Positions 49,418 to 59,013 of a stretch of DNA of 64,000 bases are shown here, piece by piece. A program made the translations under genes and the position numbers. The notes under the pieces are model-generated. The model ran no database searches, was not told the origin of the DNA, and saw only the letters and a list, made by a program, of their open reading frames with translations. Each line of letters starts with the position of its first letter. The stretch's first letter is position 1. Source of the DNA: an uncultured Gammaproteobacteria bacterium (GTDB taxonomy: Bacteria; Pseudomonadota; Gammaproteobacteria; UBA9214); the NCBI GenBank assembly GCA_963748215.1, contig CAVVHS010000006.1:128001-192000 (forward strand), given 5' to 3'.

Positions 49418-50196
49418 TGAATGATGCAGCAGGGCAGTACGCCATACAGACACGCAAGCTCAATCTCTGGTACGGGACCTTCCAGGCCCTGTTTGATGTG
49501 GACCTCTCTATCCGGAGCGGCCGGATCACGTCCCTGATCGGGCCATCGGGCTGCGGGAAATCGACCTTCCTGCGCAGCATCAACCGCATCAACGAGCGTC
49601 TCGGTTATGCCCGCATTGAGGGCGCCATCGATGTGCTGGGCCACAACGTCTATGCGCCCGACGTCGAGCTGGTGCAGGTACGCAAGCAGGTCGGCATGGT
49701 GTTCCAGCGTCCCAACCCGCTGCCGATCTCGATCCGGGAGAATGTGCTGTTCGGACACACCCTGCATTCCGGCCAGGGCAAGGGATCGCGCAGTGAGCGC
49801 GATGACATCGTGGAATCGGCACTGAGTCAGGTATTGCTCTGGGACCAGGTCAAGGACCGGCTTGACGACAGGGCCATCGGGCTGTCACTCGAGCAGCAGC
49901 AGAAGCTGTGTATAGCACGCCTGCTGCCGGTCAAGCCCGCCGTATTGCTGATGGATGAACCCTGTTCGGCGCTGGATCCCAAGGGTACCGAGGCAGTGGA
50001 AGAACTGATCTGGGAATTGCGCGGGCAATACACGATCCTGATCGTGACCCACAATATGGCCCAGGCAAGGCGTGCCAGCGAAGAGTGCATCTTCATGCTG
50101 ATGGGCAAGGTCATCGAGCATACCGCGACCGATAAACTGTTCGTGACGCCGAAGTCCAGCGAGACTGCGGATTATATCGAGGGTCGTTACGGCTGA
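49417..50196 (+). CDS. pstB: Phosphate ABC transporter ATPase, copy 2
   Basis: GPSGCGKS, VFQRPNP, MDEPCSALDP, VTHN; signature reads LSLEQ. Confidence 0.92.
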   Translation: MNDAAGQYAIQTRKLNLWYGTFQALFDVDLSIRSGRITSLIGPSGCGKSTFLRSINRINERLGYARIEGAIDVLGHNVYAPDVELVQVRKQVGMVFQRPNPLPISIRENVLFGHTLHSGQGKGSRSERDDIVESALSQVLLWDQVKDRLDDRAIGLSLEQQQKLCIARLLPVKPAVLLMDEPCSALDPKGTEAVEELIWELRGQYTILIVTHNMAQARRASEECIFMLMGKVIEHTATDKLFVTPKSSETADYIEGRYG

Positions 50197-50223
50197 CCGG
50201 CAACGGGCCGGCGCGTGCCTCAC

Positions 50224-50802
50224 TCAGGTCAGCCTGTGTTTGTCCTCGTGCCCGATGCTGTCGCGGGGCCACCATTCGGCAGTTGCCGCATCAGCCTCGT
50301 TACCGCCGCCGTCGCCGGCCGGCGCCTTGACGATGGTGACCGGCACGCGGCAGTGCTGCATCACCTCGGTCGATACCGATCCCGCGGCCATGCGCGCCAG
50401 CCCGGTACGCCCATGCGTACCCATCACGATCAATCCGGCCTGTTCACGCACGGCGATTTCCTGGATGCGTGCCGCGGGCAGTCCGCTGACCAGCAGCAGC
50501 TGCGGTTCGATCGACCCGCCGGCATCGTGGCAATCGCCGCATACACCGGCGACGAATTCCCTGAGCATGTCGCGGGCGATGTCCTCGACCGGCCGCAGCG
50601 TCCCCGGCGCACCGTTACTGCGGTAGAACCCCGCTTCGTTGCCCGCTTCGTGGACCACATGCAGTACCAGCATCGGTGCATTGACGCAGCGGATGAGGTT
50701 TGTCGCGAACTGCAGGGCGGCGTGCGAGCAGGATGAAAAATCCACCGGTACCAGGACCGGGTGTGCCGTCGGCGCGGCCGTAGATGATGTGTGTGCTTGC
50801 AT
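50224..50802 (-). CDS. Universal stress protein
   Basis: VLVPVDFS, IVMGTHGRTG, GSVSTEV; GGAG before ATG 50802. Confidence 0.92.
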   Translation of the reverse strand: MQAHTSSTAAPTAHPVLVPVDFSSCSHAALQFATNLIRCVNAPMLVLHVVHEAGNEAGFYRSNGAPGTLRPVEDIARDMLREFVAGVCGDCHDAGGSIEPQLLLVSGLPAARIQEIAVREQAGLIVMGTHGRTGLARMAAGSVSTEVMQHCRVPVTIVKAPAGDGGGNEADAATAEWWPRDSIGHEDKHRLT

Positions 50803-50888
50803 GTCAGTCACTCCATGCAGTCTGGCTGTCGGGCCGCTGGCCTGTCAGGAAGGCGCAGCGGATGATAGCGGTACTCTAGCAGCGCAGT

Positions 50889-50917
50889 GTTACGGGAGTG
50901 TTACAGCTGTGTGACAG
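50889..50917 (-). promoter_or_regulatory. PHO box (three heptamers, 11-bp period) upstream of the USP gene
   Basis: Minus strand reads CTGTCAC-ACAG-CTGTAAC-ACTC-CCGTAAC, then 10 bp, then -10-like TAGAGT. Confidence 0.7.
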
Positions 50918-51025
50918 GTCCGGCGGGGCAGGGATACGGTGTGCGTTCAGCTCAGCGGGGCGATGCACAGCGTGCACGCTGCGGAATGCAGGTGCGGCAA
51001 GATGCGTTCCACGCACCGGGCAGTG

Positions 51026-52576
51026 CTATTTCTTTTCCAGCCTTTGCTCCAGCCGGTCGGCGACGTTCCTGATCACCTTGATGCGCGCATAGCGCTTGTC
51101 GTTGCCCTCGACCAGGGTCCAGGGCGCGTTGATGGTGCTGGTGTGCTGCACCATGTCATGTACCGCGTGTTCGTAGTCTTCCCATTTTTCGCGGTTGCGC
51201 CAGTCTTCATCGGTCAGCTTCCAGCGCTTGTAGGGGATCTTCTCGCGTGCCTCGAAACGGGCCAGCTGCTCGTCCTTGGTGATGTGCACCCAGTATTTCA
51301 CGAGCACGATGCCATGCTCGATGAGCTGGTCCTCGAAATCGTTGATCTCGGCATAGGCACGCCGCCAGGTATTTTCATCGGCATAGCCTTCCACCCGCTC
51401 GACCAGTACGCGCCCGTACCAGCTGCGGTCATAGATCGTGAGTTGTCCGGCACTGGACAGGCGCCGCCAGAAGCGCCACAGGTAGTGGTGGGCGCGCTCC
51501 TCGTCGGTCGGTGCGGCGAACGGCAGGACCCGGTAATTGCGCGCATCCAGCGGCCCCGTGATGCGACGGATGCCACCGCCCTTGCCGGCGGCGTCCGGAC
51601 CTTCGAATACCAGGATGGTAGAGACTTTTTTCTCCAGCGCCGCCCGGCACAGCTTGCTGAGCCGGGCCTGCTGTTCCTTGAGCTGGCGCTGGTAGTCCTT
51701 TTTGCCCAGATGCTTCGACATGTTCAGCGTGCTCAGTACCGTCAGCACCGGCGCTGTCACAACCGCGGGCTGTGGTGCATCCGGTTCGACCGCGTCGGTG
51801 GTCTCTTGCGCATTGTGCGTGTCGACGGACTTGATCCGGTTGCGTGCCTCGCGCTCCCAGCGCACCTCGTCGAGCCGCTTGCGCACGGCGTCGCGGATGA
51901 TTGTGCCGACAGTCAGGCTGCGGTAATTGGCGTCCTCGCCCTCGACGATGGTCCAGGGCGCGCGCCCGGTGCTGGTACGCATGATGGTCCGTTCCGCGGC
52001 CTCGATGAAACGCTCGTACATGTCCCAGTGTTTCCAGTCGCGTTCCGTCACGCGCCATTTGGTCAGGGGATCCTTTTCGAGATTTTTCAGGCGCCGCTTC
52101 TGGGCGCTCTTGCTGAGGTGCATCCAGAACTTGAGCAGGACGACGCCGTCCTCGGTCAGCGCATTTTCGAACGCCACGATACGGTCCAGGCTGTCCACGA
52201 ACTGGGGCAGGTCCAGCTTGCCGTAGACGCGGTCCAGCACCGGCCGCGAGTACCACGAACTGAGAAACAGGCCGATGCGGCCCTTGGCGGGAAGATCACG
52301 CCAGAATCGCCAGTATTCAGGTCGATCGCTCTCTTCCTGGGTGGGTTCGTTGTAGGCGCGCGTGACGAGCCAGCGCGGGTCCATCCATTCATTGAGCAGG
52401 TTGACGGTCTGGCCCTTGCCGCCACCGTCCACGCCGGCGAACACGATAATGACCGGAAACTCCGCGAATTCACGCAGCTCCTGCTGCAGTTCCAGCAGTT
52501 CCTGGCGCAGCACGGGTTCGCGTTGCTTGTATTCCTCTTTCGATACGGTGGAACCGACTTCGGCTGCCTCGAACAT
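51026..52576 (-). CDS. Polyphosphate:AMP phosphotransferase (two-domain class II PPK2)
   Basis: MFEAAEVG start; GVDGGGKG and EGPDAAGKGG Walker A motifs; DRSWYGRVLVERVEG. Confidence 0.93.
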   Translation of the reverse strand: MFEAAEVGSTVSKEEYKQREPVLRQELLELQQELREFAEFPVIIVFAGVDGGGKGQTVNLLNEWMDPRWLVTRAYNEPTQEESDRPEYWRFWRDLPAKGRIGLFLSSWYSRPVLDRVYGKLDLPQFVDSLDRIVAFENALTEDGVVLLKFWMHLSKSAQKRRLKNLEKDPLTKWRVTERDWKHWDMYERFIEAAERTIMRTSTGRAPWTIVEGEDANYRSLTVGTIIRDAVRKRLDEVRWEREARNRIKSVDTHNAQETTDAVEPDAPQPAVVTAPVLTVLSTLNMSKHLGKKDYQRQLKEQQARLSKLCRAALEKKVSTILVFEGPDAAGKGGGIRRITGPLDARNYRVLPFAAPTDEERAHHYLWRFWRRLSSAGQLTIYDRSWYGRVLVERVEGYADENTWRRAYAEINDFEDQLIEHGIVLVKYWVHITKDEQLARFEAREKIPYKRWKLTDEDWRNREKWEDYEHAVHDMVQHTSTINAPWTLVEGNDKRYARIKVIRNVADRLEQRLEKK

Positions 52577-52678
52577 CCATCATCCTCCTGCGTGACTCGT
52601 CCGGCGTGGTCCGCCGGTTACCTACACAACCTGAAACAGTTATAACACATGACAGTCGGCAGGCCAGATACACGTGCC

Positions 52679-53347
52679 TCAGTCCGCCGCGACCGGTTCC
52701 GTGCAGTGCACTGAATCATGACGCGGGTTGTTGACCAGCCGGCTGACCGGCCAGGCCTCCAGCGCGGTGGCGGTCCAGGGTGCGAGCATGGCCAGGAGTT
52801 GTGCTTGGTCCGTGTTGGCCGGGTCCAGCCACGCGGCGTACTGCGCCGGGGCCAGGATCGCCGGCATGCGCGCATGGATCGGCGCCATCAGCCGGTTGGC
52901 CGCGGTCACGATGAGGGTGCAGGTCTCCAGTGCCTGGTCGTCATGCTGCCAGTGCTCCCAGAGGCCGGCAAAGGCAAACAGGCCGCCGTGCTGCATATGG
53001 ATGTAGTGGGGTATCTTGTTGTCGTCCTGCTGCTGCCACTCGTAGAAGCCGGTGGCCGGGATCAGGCAGCGCCGCTGCCGGAAGGCGGCGCGGTAGGCAG
53101 GCTTCTCGGCGACCGTCTCGGCACGGGCATTGATGGTGCTGTATTTCGTTTTCGGTTCCTTCGACCAGGCCGGTACCAGGCCCCAGCGCAGCAGCACGCA
53201 CTCGCGCCCGCCCGCGCCCTGGCGCACCACGGCGATATCCTGTGACGGCGCGATATTGTAGCGCGGTGCAAGGGCCGGCGCGTCCGCCAGGCCGAAATGA
53301 CTGGCCAGCGTGTCCGGCAGTGCATCCAGCGAGAAGCGGCCACACAC
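52679..53347 (-). CDS. SOS response-associated peptidase (SRAP/YedK abasic-site protein)
   Basis: MCGRF N-terminus, RYNIAPSQ, INARAET, GFYEW, IHARMP. Confidence 0.95.
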   Translation of the reverse strand: MCGRFSLDALPDTLASHFGLADAPALAPRYNIAPSQDIAVVRQGAGGRECVLLRWGLVPAWSKEPKTKYSTINARAETVAEKPAYRAAFRQRRCLIPATGFYEWQQQDDNKIPHYIHMQHGGLFAFAGLWEHWQHDDQALETCTLIVTAANRLMAPIHARMPAILAPAQYAAWLDPANTDQAQLLAMLAPWTATALEAWPVSRLVNNPRHDSVHCTEPVAAD

Positions 53348-53410
53348 GGGTCTTACCTGCTATCCATTGGACCGTGCCTGCAACCGAAGGTCATGTGAAT
53401 ACATTCCGCT

Positions 53411-54220
53411 TCAGCGTACCAGCAGCACCGGACGGTCCAGCGTTTCCTGGAAGCGTTCGAGGCCGCCCAGCTGCCACATATCCTGGCCGGCTTCAGCGAT
53501 CAGCAGCCCGGTGCCGGCGGCCTGTGCCGCCTGCATCAGCCGCTGCATGTCACAGCCACCGAGCGGCACCAGGCGGGCCGCCTGGTCGAGCGTGCCGAGC
53601 AGGGTATGCAGCCTTTCCTCCAGGCGCAATAGCCGGTCCGAGCCGCCTTCGGGCAGGAATACCGTGAGGTTGGTGCCCAGGTCCCTGGCCAGGCGGGCGG
53701 CGGTGGTGATGGCCCGGGTCGCCGGTTCCGACAGGCCCGCGAGGACGCCGATGCCGGCGAGGGGTGTGCCGACCGGCGGTGGGCGCACTGCCCTGGCCCA
53801 GTGGCGGCAGGAGGCCAGCGCGCTGAGCCTGCCCAGGCTCAGGATGTCGGCGCTAAAGGCGCGGGTGAGTGCCTCGGTCCCGGTATGGCCGCGCCAGACC
53901 TGGAACGTCCAGGGCACGTCCAGCTTGCTGGCTTCCTGCTCCAGCAGGGTACGCGCCTGGCGTGCCATGGCGCGCAGCTGGCGTTCCATGCGCTGGCTGC
54001 TTACGGCCTGCTCCGCCAGTGACCAGGGGCTCAGTTCGCGCAGGAACGTCAGCCCGGCCAGCTGGATCAGGTTGATGTCCTCGATGAATACGCCCTCGAG
54101 CTCGGCACCCAGCGAGCCGGCCAGTCGCACGGCGATCGCCAGGGGCGCGCGGCTGCCCGGCGCCACGCCCAGGGTGACGACGATGCGCCGTGTCCCGGTT
54201 TGCATCGCGGCCGCGGTCAT
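53411..54220 (-). CDS. Conserved hypothetical protein, USP-like fold suspected
   Basis: RIVVTLG...LEGVFIED...RPVLLVR termini resemble tandem USP domains; ATGA overlap with the Lon-like gene. Confidence 0.65.
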   Translation of the reverse strand: MTAAAMQTGTRRIVVTLGVAPGSRAPLAIAVRLAGSLGAELEGVFIEDINLIQLAGLTFLRELSPWSLAEQAVSSQRMERQLRAMARQARTLLEQEASKLDVPWTFQVWRGHTGTEALTRAFSADILSLGRLSALASCRHWARAVRPPPVGTPLAGIGVLAGLSEPATRAITTAARLARDLGTNLTVFLPEGGSDRLLRLEERLHTLLGTLDQAARLVPLGGCDMQRLMQAAQAAGTGLLIAEAGQDMWQLGGLERFQETLDRPVLLVR

Positions 54221-56664
54221 GTCGCTGCGTCGTCCGGTGCCTGGTTCTGCCGGTTGCCGCCCCTGGCGGCGAAGGCCTGCAGCTTTTCGGCGTAGTACGC
54301 CAGCGTGTCCTCCACGCGGCGGTTGATGCTGCCTTCCGGAAAGCAGCCCGTGCTGTCGCGTGCTCCCGCCGGGACGCCGGTCAGCAATTCGATGCCGTCG
54401 TCGACCGTGTCGACGGCGTAGACGGCAAACTGTCCGGCCGTTACCGCCTGGCGGACGTCCTCGCGCAGCATCAGGTGCCTGACGTTCGATGCGGGGATGA
54501 TGACCCCCTGTTCGCCGCTCAGGCCGCGCAGCTTGCAGATATCGAAGAAGCCCTCGATTTTTTCGTTGACGCCGCCGATCGGCTGGATCTCGCCGTGCTG
54601 GTTGACCGAGCCGGTGACCGCCAGCGACTGCCTGATCGGTGCATCCGCGAGCGCCGACAGCAGGGCGTAGAACTCGGCGGAGGAGGCGCTGTCGCCTTCG
54701 ACCTCGCTGTAGGATTGCTCGAACACGAGGCTGGCGGAGACCGCCAGCGGACGGTCGGGCAGGTAGCGTGCGCCCAGCAGCGCGGTCAGGATGAAGACGC
54801 CCTTGGAATGGATCGGGCCGCCCAGTTCCACCTCGCGCTCGATGTCCACCACTTCCTTGTCGCCGATGCGTACCCGTGCCGTGATGCGCGTCGGCCGGCC
54901 GAACATGAAATTGCCCAGGTCGATCACCGAGAGGCCGTTCACCTGGCCGCTTTTTTCCCCGTCGGTAGCGATAAACAGGGTGCCGCGCCGCATTTCCTCG
55001 TTGATGTGTTCACGGATGCGGTCGACCCGGTAGACACCGGCGGCGATGGCCTGCTGCACGTCGTCCGCGACGACCGGATCATGATTGTGCTGCGTGGCCC
55101 AGTAATCCGCCTCGCGCAGCAGGTCGATAAGGCTGCGCGTGTGGGTGAGCAGTTTCTCGCCGTCGCCCAGCAGCCGGCCGCTGTGTTCGATGACGCGGGC
55201 GACCGCGGCGCGGTCGAAGCGGTGCAGGGCTTCCTGGCGAATCAGCGTGGCGATCAGCTGTGCATACGACTGCTGGGATTCCGGGGTGCGATCCATGCGG
55301 TAATCGAAGTCGACGGCGACCTTGAACAGTTCGCTGAACTCCGGGTCGTACATCGACAGCAGGTAATACAGGTGCGGCTCGCCGAGCAGGATTACCTTGA
55401 CGTCGAGCGGGATCGCTTCCGGTTCCAGCGACACGGTGCTGACCAGGCTCATCAGCTGGGCCAGCGACTCGATACGCATCTCGTTCGACTGCATTGCGCG
55501 TTTCAGCCCTTCCCAGGCATAGGGCTGGGTCAGCAGCTTGATGGCGTCGAGGATGAGGTAACCGCCGTTGGCGCGGTGCAGGGCGCCGGGGCGGATCATG
55601 GTGAAGTCGGTGACCAGCGCACCGAGCTCCGCGCGATGCTCGACGCGTCCGAGCAGGTTGTTGTAGCCCGGGTTGTCCTCGTAAACGACCGGTGCGCCGC
55701 TGTTTTCATCGCGGATGACGAAATCGTTGACCCGGTAGCGGTTATCCTGCTGTTCCCCGTCTGCACGCTGGCCGACCTCCATACCGAACAGCGAAAAGCC
55801 GGGTTTTTCGCCTTCCTCGCGCAGGAAATGACGGAAGTTCTCGATGACGTCCTTTTCCACTTCGTCGAAAAAGACGATCACATCCGGCAGTCCGCTGTAC
55901 GCCTTGCGCAGTGTGCTGATGAGGTGGGAGATCGCACTGGATGCCATCTCGCGGTTGAGCGTGCTCATGCGGTCGCGCATTTCCTTATGCCACTTCGGCG
56001 ACTCCTGCAGCATCTTGCGCAGCTGCTCGTGCAGCACATCGGTATCCTCGATAATGCGCTTGCGCTCCTCCTCGGGGAGCTTTTCGAATTCCTCCTGGTT
56101 GAGCGTGCTGTCGTTGCGCACCGGTGCAAGGGTGAAACCGGACGGGGTGTGGATGAGCGCGATGTGCCGCTTTTCCGCCTCGTCCTGCACCGCCTGCATC
56201 GCCTTTTCCTTGCGCTCGCTGAATTCCTCCTCGATCTCCTGGGCACGGGTGTGATACTCGTCGCTTTCGAAGAGGGTGGGGATGGTGGCGTGCAGGTCCT
56301 CGATAAGCTGGTTCATGTCGCGCTTCAGCTGGCCGCCCCGGGTGGGCGGCAGGCGCAGCTTGCAGGGCTTGTGCGGGTCGTGGAAATTATTGACATAACA
56401 CCAGTCCGGGGGCAGCGGCTCCTGGGCCGCCTGCTCGCGGGCATAGCGCTGCACCAGCGCATGCTTGCCGGTTCCCGTAGGTCCGAACGCGAACAGGTTG
56501 TAGCCCTTGTGCCGAATACCCATGCCGAAACGAACGGCATCCACGGCGCGCGGCTGGCCGATAATCTCGGTCAGGTCCTCCAGTTCGTCCGTGGTCAGGA
56601 AGCCGAACTGTTCCGGGTCACAGCGATGGAGGAGGGTTTCTGCATCCAGTCGTCTGACAGCCAT
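54217..56664 (-). CDS. Lon-family AAA protease (YcbZ/LonC-like)
   Basis: GPTGTGKH, GALHRANGGYL, EGDSAS Ser and IGGVNEKIEG Lys dyad. Confidence 0.92.
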   Translation of the reverse strand: MAVRRLDAETLLHRCDPEQFGFLTTDELEDLTEIIGQPRAVDAVRFGMGIRHKGYNLFAFGPTGTGKHALVQRYAREQAAQEPLPPDWCYVNNFHDPHKPCKLRLPPTRGGQLKRDMNQLIEDLHATIPTLFESDEYHTRAQEIEEEFSERKEKAMQAVQDEAEKRHIALIHTPSGFTLAPVRNDSTLNQEEFEKLPEEERKRIIEDTDVLHEQLRKMLQESPKWHKEMRDRMSTLNREMASSAISHLISTLRKAYSGLPDVIVFFDEVEKDVIENFRHFLREEGEKPGFSLFGMEVGQRADGEQQDNRYRVNDFVIRDENSGAPVVYEDNPGYNNLLGRVEHRAELGALVTDFTMIRPGALHRANGGYLILDAIKLLTQPYAWEGLKRAMQSNEMRIESLAQLMSLVSTVSLEPEAIPLDVKVILLGEPHLYYLLSMYDPEFSELFKVAVDFDYRMDRTPESQQSYAQLIATLIRQEALHRFDRAAVARVIEHSGRLLGDGEKLLTHTRSLIDLLREADYWATQHNHDPVVADDVQQAIAAGVYRVDRIREHINEEMRRGTLFIATDGEKSGQVNGLSVIDLGNFMFGRPTRITARVRIGDKEVVDIEREVELGGPIHSKGVFILTALLGARYLPDRPLAVSASLVFEQSYSEVEGDSASSAEFYALLSALADAPIRQSLAVTGSVNQHGEIQPIGGVNEKIEGFFDICKLRGLSGEQGVIIPASNVRHLMLREDVRQAVTAGQFAVYAVDTVDDGIELLTGVPAGARDSTGCFPEGSINRRVEDTLAYYAEKLQAFAARGGNRQNQAPDDAAT

Positions 56665-56754
56665 TCGTGGTTCCTGTTAGGGAGGTGATGAATCCGGCAC
56701 GCAACCGCCCCGGCTGGCGGGGCGTGCGTGGCAGAACTGTAGCACGTCCGCCGC

Positions 56755-56916
56755 TTATTCGGACGGCGGGGGTATTTCCGGCGGCGGTGCAGGCGGTGTT
56801 TCCGCAGGTGGCGCGGGAACCTCGGGCGGGTTACCGGGCGGCAGCTCCACGGGTAGTTCGGTCGGCGGTACCTCGGGTGGAACGCCGGGCGGGATTTCCG
56901 GTTCACCGTTTGACAT
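56755..56916 (-). CDS. 53-aa proline/glutamate-rich microprotein
   Basis: MSNGEPEIPPGVPPEVPP...; AGGAG RBS 9 nt upstream of the ATG. Confidence 0.7.
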   Translation of the reverse strand: MSNGEPEIPPGVPPEVPPTELPVELPPGNPPEVPAPPAETPPAPPPEIPPPSE

Positions 56917-56979
56917 GGTATTCAACTCCTGTGTGGATCGGCGACAGCCCTGATTCTCCGCGTGCGCAGAAGATCTGCC

Positions 56980-56993
56980 TTGATTACGATCAA
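56980..56993. promoter_or_regulatory. FNR-family binding site (perfect consensus)
   Basis: TTGAT-TACG-ATCAA between the divergent microprotein/Lon operon and nrdJ. Confidence 0.75.
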
Positions 56994-57150
56994 ATCCCGC
57001 CGCAAGTATCCCGCGTCGGGCGGCCATTGGGACCGGCATCGGCACCATCGCCGCCCGGTGAGCGTCCCGGGTCATCCGGGTACTCTGTTACACTGGTTCT
57101 CGAGCGCGTGCGAATGTCGTGCGCGCCGACGTTGCATGGACTGCAGGCAC

Positions 57151-58980
57151 ATGGTACATGCCGAGACAGACTGGCTGAAGACCCCGGTCGCCCGTCATAT
57201 CTGGGAAACCCGCTATCGCCTCGCGGCAGGCGGCGCGCACGTGGAATCCACCATCGAGGAAAGCTGGCAACGCGTCGCTCGCACGCTGGCCGCGGTCGAA
57301 CCCGCACAGTCCGGGCAGCGGGAACAGCAGTTCCTGGCGCTGTTGCGCGGCTTCCGCTTTCTCCCCGGTGGCCGCATCCTCGCGGGCGCCGGCAGCGGGC
57401 AGCGCGTCACCCTGTTCAACTGTTTCGTCATGGGGCAGATACGCGATGACATGGACAGCATCTTCGATGCGCTCAGGGAGGGCGCGCTTACCATGCAGGC
57501 CGGTGGCGGTATCGGCTATGATTTTTCGACGCTGCGGCCCGCCGGCAGCGCGGCGCATGCCAGCGGGCGCATCGCCTCGGGGCCGCTGGCCTTCATGCGC
57601 GTGTGGGACGCCATGTGCGCCACCGTGCTGTCCACCGGTGCGCGACGCGGCGCGATGATGGCCAGCCTGCGCTGCGACCATCCCGATATCGAGGCCTTCA
57701 TCGACGCCAAGCGCGAGCCGGGTCAGTTGCAGCATTTCAACCTGTCCGTACAGGTAACCGACGCCTTCATGCAGGCCGTCGAGGACGACGCCGACTGGCC
57801 GCTGGTGTTCCCGGTCGCATCGCTCGAATCCGCAGACGATGCGCACAGCGTGTTGCGCGCATGGCCCGGTTGCGAAGCGCCGGTCCCGTGCCGGGTACTG
57901 GCCAGCCGGCCGGCACGCGTGCTCTGGGAACGACTGATGCATGCCACCTACGACACGGCCGAGCCGGGCGTGCTGTTCGTGGATCGCATCAACGCCTGCA
58001 ACAATCTCGCCTACCGCGAAACCATCGCCACCACCAACCCCTGTGGCGAGATTCCGTTACCGCCCTATGGCGCCTGCAACCTGGGATCGCTGAACCTCAC
58101 GACGTTCGTGCGCGAGCCATTCAGCCCGCGGGCGGTGCTGGATCTGGATACACTGTGTGACGCCGCCGGCCTTGCCACCCGTATGCTCGACAACGTGATC
58201 GACTGTTCCGCATTTCCGCTCGAGCAACAGGCGGCGCAGGCGCGTGGCAGCCGTCGCCTCGGGCTGGGTATCACCGGGTTGGCGGACGCGCTGATCATGC
58301 TCGGCCAGCACTACGGCAGCGCGGCGGCGCAGGCAACCGCCGTAGCCGTGATGCAGGTCGTCTGTCACTCGGCCTACCGGGCCTCGATCGGTCTGGCGAG
58401 CGAGAAGGGCGCGTTTCCCTTTTTCGAACGCGATGCCTATCTCGCCAGCCGGTTCGTGCAGGCATTGCCTGACGATATCCGCGCCGGCATCGCCAGCCAC
58501 GGAATCCGCAACAGTCACCTGACGGCCATCGCGCCGACCGGGACCATCAGCCTGCTTGCCAACAATGTCTCCAGCGGCATCGAGCCGGTGTTCGGGATGC
58601 GCCACGGCAGAAAGGTGCTCGACACGGCCGGCGCCTATCACGACTTCGCTGTCGAGGATTACGCCTGGCGCGAATACCGGGACAGCGGCGGCGATACCCG
58701 GGCGCTGCCGGCCGCATTCGTGACCGCGCGCGAACTGCCGCCGCGCGCGCACCTTGACATGCAGGCCGCGTTGCAGCCCTTCGTCGACAGCGCGATTTCC
58801 AAGACCATCAACGTGCCGGAAGACTGTCCGTTCGACGCGTTCCGGGAGCTCTACGTGCAGGCCTGGCGGCGTGGCCTGAAAGGCTGCACCCTGTTCCGTC
58901 CGAACCCGGTGCGTGGCGCGGTGCTGGAGGCGCAGGCGCCGGACCTGCACTGCTGCTCGATCGAACGCGAGGGCGGGTGA
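57151..58980 (+). CDS. nrdJ: Adenosylcobalamin-dependent (class II) ribonucleotide reductase
   Basis: LFNCF, GGGIGYDFSTLRP, TNPCGE, ACNLGS, IAPTGT, SAISKTIN, GLKGCT; no small subunit nearby. Confidence 0.9.
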   Translation: MVHAETDWLKTPVARHIWETRYRLAAGGAHVESTIEESWQRVARTLAAVEPAQSGQREQQFLALLRGFRFLPGGRILAGAGSGQRVTLFNCFVMGQIRDDMDSIFDALREGALTMQAGGGIGYDFSTLRPAGSAAHASGRIASGPLAFMRVWDAMCATVLSTGARRGAMMASLRCDHPDIEAFIDAKREPGQLQHFNLSVQVTDAFMQAVEDDADWPLVFPVASLESADDAHSVLRAWPGCEAPVPCRVLASRPARVLWERLMHATYDTAEPGVLFVDRINACNNLAYRETIATTNPCGEIPLPPYGACNLGSLNLTTFVREPFSPRAVLDLDTLCDAAGLATRMLDNVIDCSAFPLEQQAAQARGSRRLGLGITGLADALIMLGQHYGSAAAQATAVAVMQVVCHSAYRASIGLASEKGAFPFFERDAYLASRFVQALPDDIRAGIASHGIRNSHLTAIAPTGTISLLANNVSSGIEPVFGMRHGRKVLDTAGAYHDFAVEDYAWREYRDSGGDTRALPAAFVTARELPPRAHLDMQAALQPFVDSAISKTINVPEDCPFDAFRELYVQAWRRGLKGCTLFRPNPVRGAVLEAQAPDLHCCSIEREGG

Positions 58981-59013
58981 GCGGCGAATGTGTCGGTGCG
59001 CAATCCGCCTGTA

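Noticed and set aside
52639-52655. PHO box upstream of the PPK2 gene
   Set aside because: One perfect CTGTCAT half-site, but the second half is poor and off-period
54190-56688. 832-aa plus-strand ORF and similar long antisense ORFs (2802, 41490, 45609, 50939)
   Set aside because: Shadow ORFs opposite well-supported genes, expected in high-GC DNA
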